DNA of 46,169 nucleotides from positions 1-46,169 of the forward strand of contig JAWOID010000065.1 in assembly GCA_046484865.1 (NCBI GenBank), in the 5' to 3' direction. Every line of letters begins with the position of its first letter. Positions within the stretch are counted from its first letter, which is position 1. The translations under genes and the position numbers were made by a program. The DNA is from Candidatus Krumholzibacteriia bacterium. Its GTDB lineage: Bacteria > Krumholzibacteriota > Krumholzibacteriia > LZORAL124-64-63. Shown piece by piece: positions 9,238 to 20,700 of this stretch. A model generated the notes under the pieces. The model saw nothing but the letters and a program-made list of their open reading frames with translations. It ran no database searches and was not told the origin of the DNA.

Positions 9238-9405
9238 ATGCCGCTGCCGTGCCGGTGCAAGCTGAGTGCCGTTCTCGTGCCCATGTTGCTCGCTACCGGT
9301 GCGGTGGACTGGCTCGCCGCCGGTTCTGCCGCCGAGCCGGCCGGCGGCTGGGGTCCGGTTCCTGCCGCCGCCGCGCTGCAGGACATCGAGCGCCGCGCCC
9401 GCTGA
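9238..9405 (+). CDS. Possible small secreted or membrane peptide (55 aa)
   Basis: GGGAGG RBS upstream of ATG 9238; MPLPCRCKLSAVLVPMLLATGA signal-like N-terminus. Confidence 0.3.
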   Translation: MPLPCRCKLSAVLVPMLLATGAVDWLAAGSAAEPAGGWGPVPAAAALQDIERRAR

Positions 9406-9463
9406 CCGGTCCCGGCCGGTCGCCGCTGCGGCCCCACATGCGGTCAGGAACCGACGAGGAGCG

Positions 9464-10678
9464 ATGGAGTACCGATCCGACTGCCTCCATTTCCGCGGTC
9501 ACGTTCCCTGCGCTCCGCACAAGCGCGAGGGCGTGCACTGCGCGGGCTGTCCGCACCACGTGACGCGCGAGGGACGCATCCTGCTGATCAAGCTGGGCGC
9601 CGCCGGCGACGTCATCCGCACCACGCCGTTGCTGGGGCCGCTGGGCCGCGACTACCCGCGCCACGCCTTGACGTGGGTCACGTACTACCCCGAGCTGGTG
9701 CCGGCGGAGGTCGGTGATCGCGTGCGCTTCGATGCCGCGTCGGTGCTCTGGGCCCGCAACACCCGCTTCGAGCTGGTGATCAACCTCGACAAGGATCGCG
9801 AGGCGTGCGCCCTCGCGCGCGAGGTCGCCGCCTCGCGCAAGCTCGGCTTCATCCTGGGCGACGACGGTCTCGCACACCCTGTCTCGGTCGGGGAGTCGGC
9901 ACCGGTGGACACGGCCGCCCCGCTGGACCGGCCGACCGCGCCGGCCCCGCGCGACCAGGCCGCCCCGGGTGACCAGGCGGCCCCGCGCGACCAGGCCGTT
10001 CCGCGCGATCCGGCTGCTCCGACGCCGGCCGCCGCTGCCGAGGCCAAGTACCTCACCGGCCTGTTCGACGACGTCAACCAGGCCTGCCCGCTCAGCTACC
10101 TGCAGGAGATCTTCGCCATCTGCGGCTACGAGTTCGAGGGGGAGGAGTACCGCCTGGACCGGCCCGTGCCGCCCGCGGTCGCGCTGCCGCCCCGCCGGCC
10201 GAGGGTCGGGCTCAACACCGGTTGCGGCGACCGCTGGACCAGCAGGCTCTGGCCGGAGCACCACTGGGCCGAACTGGCCGCGCAGTTGCAGGCCGACGGC
10301 TACGGCGTGGTCCTGCTCGGCGGACCGGCGGAGCACGAACGCAACCTGCGCCTGGCCGAGAGGGCCGGCGCGACGTATCCGGGGACGTTCCCGCTGCGCG
10401 AGTTCATCGGCCTGATGGATCTCTGCGACGTCGTGGTGACGGCCGTGACCATGGCCATGCACGTCGCCATCGGCCTGCGCAAGCAACTGGTGCTCATCAA
10501 CAACATCTTCAATCCGCGGGAGTTCGAACTTTACGGCCGCGGCCTGATCGTCCAGCCCGAGCAACCCTGTCAGTGCTTCTTCCAGCCGCGCTGCACGGCC
10601 GAGCGCTTCTGTCTCGAGACCCTCGCGCCGCAGACGGTGCGCGCGGCGGTGCGGTGCCTGGCGCCGGTGCAGCGCTAG
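9464..10678 (+). CDS. Glycosyltransferase family 9 (ADP-heptose:LPS heptosyltransferase-like)
   Basis: [66 protein letters not shown] before ATG 9464. Confidence 0.9.
   Translation: MEYRSDCLHFRGHVPCAPHKREGVHCAGCPHHVTREGRILLIKLGAAGDVIRTTPLLGPLGRDYPRHALTWVTYYPELVPAEVGDRVRFDAASVLWARNTRFELVINLDKDREACALAREVAASRKLGFILGDDGLAHPVSVGESAPVDTAAPLDRPTAPAPRDQAAPGDQAAPRDQAVPRDPAAPTPAAAAEAKYLTGLFDDVNQACPLSYLQEIFAICGYEFEGEEYRLDRPVPPAVALPPRRPRVGLNTGCGDRWTSRLWPEHHWAELAAQLQADGYGVVLLGGPAEHERNLRLAERAGATYPGTFPLREFIGLMDLCDVVVTAVTMAMHVAIGLRKQLVLINNIFNPREFELYGRGLIVQPEQPCQCFFQPRCTAERFCLETLAPQTVRAAVRCLAPVQR
9943..10014 (+). repeat. Four imperfect in-frame 18-bp tandem repeats (APRDQA-like) inside the GT9 gene
   Basis: ggccccgcgcgaccaggc / cgccccgggtgaccaggc / ggccccgcgcgaccaggc / cgttccgcgcgatccggc. 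Confidence 0.85.
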
Positions 10679-11280
10679 CTCGCGCCCTTCTTGAGCCGCG
10701 CCGTCACCTCGATCAACCGCCGCGTCTGGTGCGCGATCGCCGCCTTGATCTCGTCGCTCAGCCCCTGGCCCGCCGTCACGCTCACTCCATAGGGGTTGCC
10801 GCCTGCGGCGGAGATCACCGGATCCGTGTAGGCCGGCGGCACCAGGATGGCCCCCCAGTGCATGGCGGTGATGTAGAGCGTCTGCAGCGTGGTCTCCTGG
10901 CCACCGTGGGGATTCTGGGCGCTGGTCATGGCGCTGAACGTCTTGTCGACCAGGTGCCCCTTCTGCCAGATGGGGCCGAGGGTGTCGATGAACGCGCGCA
11001 TCTGGCTCGAGGCGCCGCCGTACCGCGTGGGGCTGCTGAACAGGTAGGCGTCGGCCCACACCAGGTCGTCGGGGCTGGCCGTCTCGATGTGCTCGGTCTT
11101 CTTCAGCTGGTTCGACCACGCTTCCTGCGCCTTCACGACCTCCTCGGGCGCCGTCTCGCGCACCCGGCGCAACCGCACCTCGGCGCTCGTCGCGCCGGCC
11201 GCCTCGGTCGCGGCCTCGGCCATCTGGTGGTTGGTCCCGTAGGTGCTGTAATAGACGATCGCCAGCTTCACTTCGCTCAT
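10675..11280 (-). CDS. wrbA: NAD(P)H:quinone oxidoreductase, WrbA family
   Basis: [48 protein letters not shown]. Confidence 0.93.
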   Translation of the reverse strand: MSEVKLAIVYYSTYGTNHQMAEAATEAAGATSAEVRLRRVRETAPEEVVKAQEAWSNQLKKTEHIETASPDDLVWADAYLFSSPTRYGGASSQMRAFIDTLGPIWQKGHLVDKTFSAMTSAQNPHGGQETTLQTLYITAMHWGAILVPPAYTDPVISAAGGNPYGVSVTAGQGLSDEIKAAIAHQTRRLIEVTARLKKGAS

Positions 11281-11530
11281 GGCGGCTCCGTTCGTCGGGG
11301 TTGCGGTGTCGAGATCTCAGGCACATGCAAGCAGCGTGGCCGCCGGAGGGCAAGCTACGTCCCCCGCGACGGACGGATCACGCATGCGCTGCGACGCAGC
11401 CGGGCGCGGCCCGCGGACTGCGCGCTTCCGCGATCGGGCGACACGGTACGACGTGATCCGCCGTCCATGCGAGGCTCGCTGTGCGAGGCTCCCTGCTGAC
11501 ACCCGTCCTCCCGTGCGCTAGATTCCGGCC

Positions 11531-12772
11531 ATGCGCATCACGCTCTTCGGTCCCGCGCCGCCCTTCCGCGGCGGCATCGTCACCTACCTCGGCATGCTCG
11601 CGCGCGTGCTCGAACAGCGCGGGCACGAGGTGGGCTGGGTGAGCTTCCGCAAGCAGTACCCGGGGCTCATCTTTCCCGGCAGCGAGCAGACCGGCGAAAC
11701 GGCGCCCTGGCTGGTCCGTCCGAGCGAGCCCACGTTCGTGCCCTGGGAGCCGTGGTCCTGGTGGCGGACGGCCGGAGCCATCGCCCGGCAGCGGCCGGAC
11801 GCGGTGATCTTCAAGTACTGGATCCCGTTCTTCGCCCCCGGCTACCACGGCACGCTGCGTCGTCTGCGAGCGCTGCGGCGCCGCGGCGGCCCGGGGCCAG
11901 CGGTCGCCGGGACGAGCGTGGCGCCGGTGGCCGCGACTCCCCGGATCATCGCCATCCTGGACAACGTGATCCCGCACGAGAAGAGCTACCCCTTCGGCGC
12001 TCGGTTCACCCGCGCGGCACTGCGCCAGGCCGACGGTTTCCTGGCGCAGAGCGAGCAGGTGCGTCGCGACCTGGCGGCGGTGGTGCCCGGCATCGCGCCC
12101 GGGCGGGTGATCACCTCGCCGCATCCGGTCTACGACTTCACCCCGCCCGATCAGCCACGTCCCACCCGGGCGGAGGCGCGCGCAGCGGTGGGCATACCGA
12201 CGGAGCAGCGCCTGGTCCTCTTCTTTGGCTTCATCAAGCCGTACAAGGGCGTCGCGCACCTCATCGATGCCGCGCCGCGCCTGCGCGAGCGCTTCGGACC
12301 CGAGGGGATCCGCGTCCTCATCGCCGGCGATGTCTACGGCGACGCCCGCCGGTACACCGAGAGCGTGGCGCGGTCGGGTGCCGCGGACATCATCGATCTC
12401 AGGCTCGGCTTCGTGCCGGACGCGGAGATCGAGCGGCTCTTCGTGGCGGCGGATCTGGTGGTGCTGCCGTACGTTTCGGCCACCCAGAGCGGGATCGTGC
12501 AGATCGCGTACAACTACGACACGCCGGTGGTGACGACGAACGTGGGCGGCCTGCCCGAGGTGGTGCACGAGGGGGAGACCGGCTTCCTGGTTCCCCCCGG
12601 CGATCCCGCGGCGCTGGCGGAAGCCGTGATCCGGTTCTTCGCTGAGGACTGGGCCCAGCGGCTGGCAGCGGGGGTGGCGTGCGAGAAGGAGCGCTACTCA
12701 TGGGACCACCTGGCGCGCAGCCTGGAGGAGCTGGCTGGCGGCGTGGCGCCCGGGGAGGGGAAGGGGCGATGA
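11531..12772 (+). CDS. Glycosyltransferase family 4 (GT-B)
   Basis: [55 protein letters not shown]. Confidence 0.93.
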   Translation: MRITLFGPAPPFRGGIVTYLGMLARVLEQRGHEVGWVSFRKQYPGLIFPGSEQTGETAPWLVRPSEPTFVPWEPWSWWRTAGAIARQRPDAVIFKYWIPFFAPGYHGTLRRLRALRRRGGPGPAVAGTSVAPVAATPRIIAILDNVIPHEKSYPFGARFTRAALRQADGFLAQSEQVRRDLAAVVPGIAPGRVITSPHPVYDFTPPDQPRPTRAEARAAVGIPTEQRLVLFFGFIKPYKGVAHLIDAAPRLRERFGPEGIRVLIAGDVYGDARRYTESVARSGAADIIDLRLGFVPDAEIERLFVAADLVVLPYVSATQSGIVQIAYNYDTPVVTTNVGGLPEVVHEGETGFLVPPGDPAALAEAVIRFFAEDWAQRLAAGVACEKERYSWDHLARSLEELAGGVAPGEGKGR

Positions 12773-13086
12773 GCACGACCGTCACTCTGCGGGAACTGGA
12801 GGAACAGCTGGCCCGGGGCCTGATCGTTCCTCTCAGCGAGGCGGGATGGAAGAAGCTGGCTCCCGCTTTCGACGAGGTCCGGCGCCAGCCCACGTTCATC
12901 GCGGGCGACATCGTGGTGGGCCGCCGCGGAGACCGGTGGATCGTGGTGGAGCGGCCCGAGCGCGGCCGGCGCGTGGTGCGCTCCGTCGGCGGCGCCACCG
13001 CGGCCGACGACTTCGTCCAGAAGCGCCTCGAGGCCTACGAGCGCGCCTGGGACGGGTGAGGCTGCAAGATCGACTACAACGCCTGA
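12769..13086 (+). CDS. Small hypothetical protein, probable selenoprotein (in-frame UGA at 13057-13059, C-terminal U-G-C); otherwise ends at 13059
   Basis: ATGA overlap with the GT4 stop; ...[21 protein letters not shown]; hairpin at 13082-13100. Confidence 0.7.
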
Positions 13087-13109
13087 CCCGGGCGGTCGGG
13101 ACCCCAGCC
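13060..13109 (+). promoter_or_regulatory. Candidate bacterial SECIS element
   Basis: cctgacc-cgggc-ggtcggg stem-loop with the loop about 30 nt after UGA and G at loop position 2; possible outer pairing ggctg/cagcc. Confidence 0.5.
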
Positions 13110-13254
13110 CTGCAACCTCCTCTGGCCCGCCGCCAAGGCGACCGCTAGAATCCATCCGCGCACGGGCGACGTGTCGCCGGCGCGGCCGCTCGCGGGAGCG
13201 GTGCGTTCCGGCTCCACCGTGCAGCACCACCGCCCCCATCCGCGGAGGATCAGC

Positions 13255-14433
13255 GTGCCCGCCTCCCTGGTGCAGACCGGCCTCGACCTGCTCGTGTCCG
13301 ACGGTTTCCACGGCCTGCGCGGCCGCCGCGTGGGGCTGCTCTGCCATCCCGCCTCGGTGGATGCGCGGCTGCGCCACGCCCGCGACCTGCTGCACGCCGC
13401 GGCGGCGGTGGATCTGCGGGCCCTCTTCGGGCCGCAGCACGGGCTGCGCGGCGAGACCCAGGACAACATGGTGGAGTGGGAAGGGTTCACCGACCCGATC
13501 ACGGGCGTGCCTGCGTTCAGCCTCTACGGCGAGCACCGCAAGCCCACGGGCGCCATGCTCGAACCCATCGACACCCTGATCGTGGACCTGCAGGACGTGG
13601 GGGCCCGCTACTACACCTTCGTCTGGACGCTGCTGCTCTGTCTCGAGGCCTGTGCCGAGCACGGCCGCAGCGTCGTGGTGCTGGACCGGCCCAACCCGCT
13701 CGGCGGCACCGTCCAGGGCAACGTGCTCGACCCGGCCTACCGCTCGTTCGTGGGACTGGCCCCCGTTCCCATGCGTCACGGTCTCACGCTGGGCGAACTG
13801 GCGCGGTGGTTCCGCGCCCGTTTCCGGCTGGACGTGGACCTGGAGGTGGTGCCGATGCGCGGCTGGCGCCGCGACACCTGGTTCGACGAGACCGGGCTGC
13901 CGTGGGTCATGCCCAGCCCCAACATGCCGACGCTGGAGACCGCGGTGGTGTATCCGGGGATGTGCCTGCTGGAGGGCACCGAGCTATCGGAGGGCCGCGG
14001 CACGACCCGGCCGTTCGAGATCGTCGGTGCGCCCTACGTGGATGCAGAGCAGTTGGCGGCACGGTTGCAGGACGCCGAGGTGCCCGGTTGCCTGTGGCGG
14101 CCGCTCCACTTCCAGCCCACGTTCCAGAAGCATGCGGGCCGCCTGTGCGGGGGAGTGCAGGTGCACGTGATCGACCGCGTCGGCTATTCGCCGGTGCTTG
14201 CCACGACCACCCTGCTGGCGGCGGTGCGGGAGCTGTGGCCGGACGAGTTCGCCTGGCGGCGACCGCCCTACGAGTACGAGACCGAGAAGCTGCCGATCGA
14301 CGTGCTGGCCGGCGGCCCGGAACTGCGCGAGGCGGTGGACGCCGGCGGCAGCCTCCGGGAACTGAGCGCACGCTGGGACGTCCAGGCGCACGCGTTCCGG
14401 GACGCGGCGGCGGAGCACGGTCTCTATGGCTGA
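13255..14433 (+). CDS. namZ: Exo-beta-N-acetylmuramidase NamZ (DUF1343)
   Basis: LFGPQHGLRGE, DLQDVGARYYTF, VLDRPNPLGG, RHGLTLGELA, WVMPSPNMPT, SEGRGTTRPFE; GTG start after GGAGGA. Confidence 0.92.
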   Translation: MPASLVQTGLDLLVSDGFHGLRGRRVGLLCHPASVDARLRHARDLLHAAAAVDLRALFGPQHGLRGETQDNMVEWEGFTDPITGVPAFSLYGEHRKPTGAMLEPIDTLIVDLQDVGARYYTFVWTLLLCLEACAEHGRSVVVLDRPNPLGGTVQGNVLDPAYRSFVGLAPVPMRHGLTLGELARWFRARFRLDVDLEVVPMRGWRRDTWFDETGLPWVMPSPNMPTLETAVVYPGMCLLEGTELSEGRGTTRPFEIVGAPYVDAEQLAARLQDAEVPGCLWRPLHFQPTFQKHAGRLCGGVQVHVIDRVGYSPVLATTTLLAAVRELWPDEFAWRRPPYEYETEKLPIDVLAGGPELREAVDAGGSLRELSARWDVQAHAFRDAAAEHGLYG

Positions 14434-16429
14434 GGGGCGCGGCTTCGTGCTGGCGGCGGGTCACGGACGGCGCCTCCTGCCGCTCACCCGGCACCTGCCC
14501 AAGGCGCTGCTGCCGTGGCGCTCGCGGGCCGACGCACCGGTGCGGACGTTGCTGGACGCGGCCCTGGAGCAGGTGAGCGAGGCGCTCGCCGCGGCGGGAG
14601 GCGGCGACACGCCGCCCCTGGCGCTCAACGCCCATCATCTTGACGACCAGATCGTCGCTCACGCCGCGGCGCACTGGCCGCGGGCGTCGGTCTTCCGCGA
14701 GAAGACCCTGCTCGGCACCGGCGGCGCTCTGGACCATGCCCGCGGCTGGCTCGCCGGCGGGCCTTGGTTCCTGCTGCGCAACGCCGACGTGGCGGAAGCA
14801 CGGCCGCTCTCCTCCCTGGTTGCGACTCACCGCGCCGCGGGCGTCCTGGTCACCCTGCGACTGGTGGACTGGCCGGCGGTGAACTCGGTGCTCGTCGACG
14901 GGGACGGACGTGTTCAAGACATCGCCGGCCGGCTCGGCACGGCCGCCGGTCCGGGCTGGCGGCGGCTCACCTACGCCGGCATCGCCGTTTGCGACCGGAC
15001 CCTGCTGGACCTGGTGCCCGCGGGTGTGTCGTCGCTGGTGGACACGCTGGAGCGGGCGTTGCGCGAGCGGCCCGGATCCGTGGCGGCGGAACTGCCGCCG
15101 CCGCCGGTCGCGGGGCCGGAGCTGCAGGCGGAGTGGGCCGACCTCGGCACGGTCGGGCGCTACCTGGACGCCCTGGGGCGGCGCAGCGGGAACGCCTCGG
15201 GGTGGGTCGTACGCAGCCCCGGCAGCGAGGTGGCACAGGGAGCGCGGCTGAGGTCGTGCGTGGTGCTGCCGGCCACCCGCGTCGCGGCGGACGCCGAACA
15301 CGAGCGCGCGGTGCTCGGCCCCTCCTGGGTGGTGACCGAGGAGGAGAACCGGGTCCTGGGCGATCCGGGCGTCCAGGCGGCGGGGTTCGGCGAGGGTGCC
15401 GTCGCCCGGCCCCTCGCTGACCACGGCTCCGAGCGGCGCTTCTTCCGGGTGACGCGAGGGGAGCGGTGCGCGGTGGCCATGCTCACCCGGCCGGGCGACC
15501 CGGACCGCGACCGCACCGTCGCAGTGGCGCGCTTCCTGAGCGACCACGAACTCGGCGGACCGGACGTGCTGGCGGAGGCGCCCGAGCCTGGACCCGTGCT
15601 GCTGGAGGATCTGGGCGAGACGTCGCTGCGCGAGCTGTGGGAGCGCGATGCCGCGGCGGCGGAGGCGGTCTACCGCCGGACGATCGACATCCTGGTGGCG
15701 CTCCAGGTCCGCGGCGCGGCGCTGGCGGCGGGGCACTGCCCGCTGGCGGGCGACCGGCTCCTCGGCCACGCCACGCTGCGGTGGGAGACGCGTTACTTCG
15801 GTGAACGCTTCCTGGTGGGGCACGCCGGGTTCGAGCCGGCGGACCTGGAGCCCCTCGCGGGCGAACTCGCAGCGCTCTCCCGTAGCGTGGCCGCGCAGCC
15901 GCGGGTGCTCGTGCACCGCGACCTCCAGGCGGAGAACGTGGTGATCGGTCGCGACGGGCGTCCTGGTCTGGTGGACGTCCAGGGCATGCGCCGCGGGCCG
16001 CTGGGCTACGACGTGGCGTCGCTGCTGTACGACCCGTACGTGGCGCTCGCACCGTCCCGGCGCGAGGACCTGCTGGACCGTTGGCGGCAGGGCCTGCTGG
16101 CAGCGGCCGCGGCACTGCCGGTGGCCGCGCTGGCCGGCACGCCCGAACGTGCGCAGCGGGCCGTGGTGGCGGCCGGCCTGCAGCGGCTGATGCAGGCGCT
16201 CGGCGCCTACGGCTTCCTGGCGCACGTCCGCGGCCGCCGCCGCTTCCTCGCGTTCATCCCGCGGGGGCTGGCGCACCTGCAGACGCTGCTGGGCGAGGCC
16301 GAGGCCCTGCGCGGTGTTCCCGGCGCCGCCGCCGACCCGCTCCTGCCACCGCCGCTCTTCGAGGTGCGCCGCGTGATCGACCGTCTACGAACCGATGCGG
16401 AAGGCGGCGCAGGTGACATGCGTCGTTGA
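14426..16429 (+). CDS. Fusion of a MurU-like nucleotidyltransferase (N-terminal) and an AmgK-like anomeric sugar kinase (C-terminal)
   Basis: VLAAGHGRRLLPLTRHLPKALLP, LGTGGAL, WADLGT; then GSERRFFRV, LLEDLG, LVHRDLQAENV, DVQG..RGPLGYDVASLL, LQRLMQALGAYGFL; overlaps the namZ stop. Confidence 0.85.
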   Translation: MAEGRGFVLAAGHGRRLLPLTRHLPKALLPWRSRADAPVRTLLDAALEQVSEALAAAGGGDTPPLALNAHHLDDQIVAHAAAHWPRASVFREKTLLGTGGALDHARGWLAGGPWFLLRNADVAEARPLSSLVATHRAAGVLVTLRLVDWPAVNSVLVDGDGRVQDIAGRLGTAAGPGWRRLTYAGIAVCDRTLLDLVPAGVSSLVDTLERALRERPGSVAAELPPPPVAGPELQAEWADLGTVGRYLDALGRRSGNASGWVVRSPGSEVAQGARLRSCVVLPATRVAADAEHERAVLGPSWVVTEEENRVLGDPGVQAAGFGEGAVARPLADHGSERRFFRVTRGERCAVAMLTRPGDPDRDRTVAVARFLSDHELGGPDVLAEAPEPGPVLLEDLGETSLRELWERDAAAAEAVYRRTIDILVALQVRGAALAAGHCPLAGDRLLGHATLRWETRYFGERFLVGHAGFEPADLEPLAGELAALSRSVAAQPRVLVHRDLQAENVVIGRDGRPGLVDVQGMRRGPLGYDVASLLYDPYVALAPSRREDLLDRWRQGLLAAAAALPVAALAGTPERAQRAVVAAGLQRLMQALGAYGFLAHVRGRRRFLAFIPRGLAHLQTLLGEAEALRGVPGAAADPLLPPPLFEVRRVIDRLRTDAEGGAGDMRR

Positions 16430-16443
16430 CGCTCGCCTGCGGC

Positions 16444-17733
16444 TCACGCCACGAGCTTCACCAGGAACACCGCCGCGATGATCCAGGTCAGCGGGCTCAC
16501 CTCGTGCGCGCGGCCGAGCAGCAGGCGCATGAGGACATGGGCGAGCACGCCCACGAGAATGCCGTCGGCGATGCTGCCGGCCAGCGGCATCACCAGGAGA
16601 GTGAGGAACGCCGGCAGCGCCTCGGCCGGGTCGCCCAGATTCAGCTTGCAGATGGGCTGCAGCATCATCAAACCCACCAGGACGAGAGCGCCGGCGGTGG
16701 CCTGCGCCGGGATGGCCAGGAACACCGGCGCGACCAGCATCGCCGCCAGGAAGAGTACCGCGACCGTCAGCGCCGTCAGCCCCGTGCGTCCGCCCTGGGC
16801 CACGCCGGCGGCGCTCTCGACGTACACCGTGACCGTGCTCGTACCCAGGCAAGCGCCGACGGTCGTGCCGAGGGAGTCGGCGAGCAGGGCGCGATTCGCA
16901 CCGGGGAACCGGCCCCTCGCGTCGAGCATGCCCGCCCGGTTCGCCACCCCCAGGAGGGTGCCGGCGGTATCGAACAGGTCCACGAAGAGGAACGTGAAGA
17001 GCACGACGAGGAAGTCCATCGTCAGCACCTGCGACCACTGGAACTTCAGCAGCACCGGCCCGGGACTGGGTGGCGGCGTCCAGCCGGCCGGCAGCTGCGT
17101 CACCCCCAGCGGCCAGCCGACCACCGTGGCCGCGAGGATCGCCCACAGCAGGCTGCCCTTCACCCGCCGCGCCTCCAGGACGCCGGCCAGCAACAGGCTC
17201 AGCGCGGCCAGCACCACGCCGGGCGTCGTGACGTCGCCGAGTTCCAGCCGGCCGTCGGTCGTGCGGGCGAGCAGCCCGCCGGTCTGCAGGCCGATGCTCG
17301 CGATGAAGAGCCCGATCCCGGCTGCGATGGCGTGCTTGAGATTCAGCGGGATCGCCGCCAGGATGGCCTCGCGCAGGCGCAGGAAGGTGAGCGCGGTGAA
17401 GAGCAGCCCCTCCACGAACACGGCGGTGAGGGCGAACTGCCAGGGATACCCCATCCCCAGGACCACCGTGTAGGCGAAGAAGGCGTTCAGGCCCATGCCC
17501 GGCGCGAGGGCGAACGGGAGGTTGGCGTGCAGCGCCATGACCAGGGTGGCGAAGGCTGCTCCCAGGGCCGTGGCGGCCAGCACGCCGCTACGGTCCATGC
17601 CGGCGTCGGCGAGGATCTGCGGATTCACCACCAGGATGTAAGCCATGGTCATGAAGGTGGTGAGTCCGGCCAGCAACTCGGTGCGCACGTCGGTGTCGTG
17701 CTCGGCGAGGCGGAAGAAGCGGGCGACCGTCAT
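16444..17733 (-). CDS. NCS2/AzgA-family purine permease
   Basis: AGLTTFMTMAYILVVNP, LAPGMGLNAFFAY, FVDLFDTAGTL, YVESAAGVAQGGRTGLTA. Confidence 0.95.
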   Translation of the reverse strand: MTVARFFRLAEHDTDVRTELLAGLTTFMTMAYILVVNPQILADAGMDRSGVLAATALGAAFATLVMALHANLPFALAPGMGLNAFFAYTVVLGMGYPWQFALTAVFVEGLLFTALTFLRLREAILAAIPLNLKHAIAAGIGLFIASIGLQTGGLLARTTDGRLELGDVTTPGVVLAALSLLLAGVLEARRVKGSLLWAILAATVVGWPLGVTQLPAGWTPPPSPGPVLLKFQWSQVLTMDFLVVLFTFLFVDLFDTAGTLLGVANRAGMLDARGRFPGANRALLADSLGTTVGACLGTSTVTVYVESAAGVAQGGRTGLTALTVAVLFLAAMLVAPVFLAIPAQATAGALVLVGLMMLQPICKLNLGDPAEALPAFLTLLVMPLAGSIADGILVGVLAHVLMRLLLGRAHEVSPLTWIIAAVFLVKLVA

Positions 17734-17884
17734 GGACACGCTCCCGGAGACGGTGACGAGCACCGCTGCCTGCCCGACCGGGGCGTCCCGGCGCTGCTCG
17801 TGAGCGCAACCTAGCATGGCGTCGCGCCCGGGGCTAGATTGCCGGCTCGTGGGGACCCGAACCTCGACCGACCAGGAGACGAGC

Positions 17885-19482
<1,598 letters not shown>

Positions 19483-19486
<4 letters not shown>

Positions 19487-20700
19487 CGCCGGAGCAGCGC
19501 GGCGATCTCAGGCGCGTGATGCTGGCCACGCTGTTCTTCGGAGCGGCGGCCGGCGTCTTCGCCGCCACGCTGAACAACTACCTGGCCGAGGTCCACGAGT
19601 TCGGCGCCGAGTCGCGCGGCTGGCTGGAACTGCCGCGGGAACTGCCCGGATTCGTGATCTTCGGCGTGGTGGCGCTGCTGCTCACCCGGCTCCGCGAGAG
19701 CCGCATCGCCGCGCTGGCCATGCTCTTCACCGCCGCCGGCGGCCTGGGTCTCGCCTGGCTGGCGCAGACGCCCGCGCCGCTGGTGATCTGGATCGTCACG
19801 TGGAGTCTCGGCGACCACCTGATCTTCGCTCTCGAGGGGCCGCTCGGGTTGAAGCTGGCCCGCCGCGGGGGTGAGGGCAGGCGTCTGGGCCAGCTCGGCG
19901 GCGCGCGCAATCTGGGCGTGATCGTCGGCGTGGGGGTGGTGTGGCTGATCGCCCGGGCGGCGGGCGACCGCTACGACCTCTTCTACGTGGCGGCGGCTCT
20001 GCTGGCGCTGGTGGCGGGCTGGTTCTACTTCCGGGTCGACCTGGGCCGGGGCGAGCGGCCGTCGCGGCTTTTCGTGATCCGCCGCGAGTATGGTATCTTC
20101 TATGCGATCAGCGCGCTGTTCGGCATCCGCAAGCAGATCTTCCTGGTCTTCGGCTCGTGGGTGCTGGTGTCGCTCCACGGCGTACCGGTCGCGACGATCG
20201 CCATGCTCTACCTGGTGGCGTCGGCGGCGGGTGTGGTGCTGCGACCGCTGCTGGGCGACGTCATCGACTGGCTGGGCGAGCGCACCGTGCTGGCGGCGGA
20301 CGAGCTCCTGCTGCTGGTGATCTGCCTGGTCTACGCGTTCGCGTCGGACCTGCTGGCGGTGCCGTACGACCTCTATCTGCTCTTCGGTGCGTACATGCTG
20401 GACCACGTGCTCTTCGCCCTGCGCGTGGCCCGCGTCACGTACCTGAAGAAGATCGCGGTGGACCCGGCCGACATCACCCCGTCCGTGTCGCTGGGGGTCA
20501 CCATCGATCACGCCGTCGCCATGTCCCTGCCCGTCCTCTCGGGCTGGTTGTGGGAAACTCATGGCCACCGGTGGGTTTTCCTCCTGGCGGGCGCCATCGC
20601 GCTGGCGGGCTTCTTCGTCTGCCTGCGCATCCGCGTGCCACAGACGGCGGGCGCTCCGGCGCCGCTGACAGGGGCGGCGGCGGCACGGATCTCGCAATGA
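19483..20700 (+). CDS. MFS transporter
   Basis: About 12 TMs, RELPGF, GDVIDWLGER; GTGA overlap with malQ. Confidence 0.85.

Noticed and set aside
13084..13257. The second TGA is in frame with namZ with no other stop between them, suggesting a double read-through fusion
   Set aside because: The intervening codons are low-complexity, namZ has its own RBS and a TAGAAT -10-like box, and open frames are common at this GC content
17734..17815. Possible purine, xanthine or guanidine riboswitch upstream of the NCS2 permease
   Set aside because: Hairpins exist (ccggg-acgc-cccgg), but I see no purine aptamer core and only one non-ACGR loop
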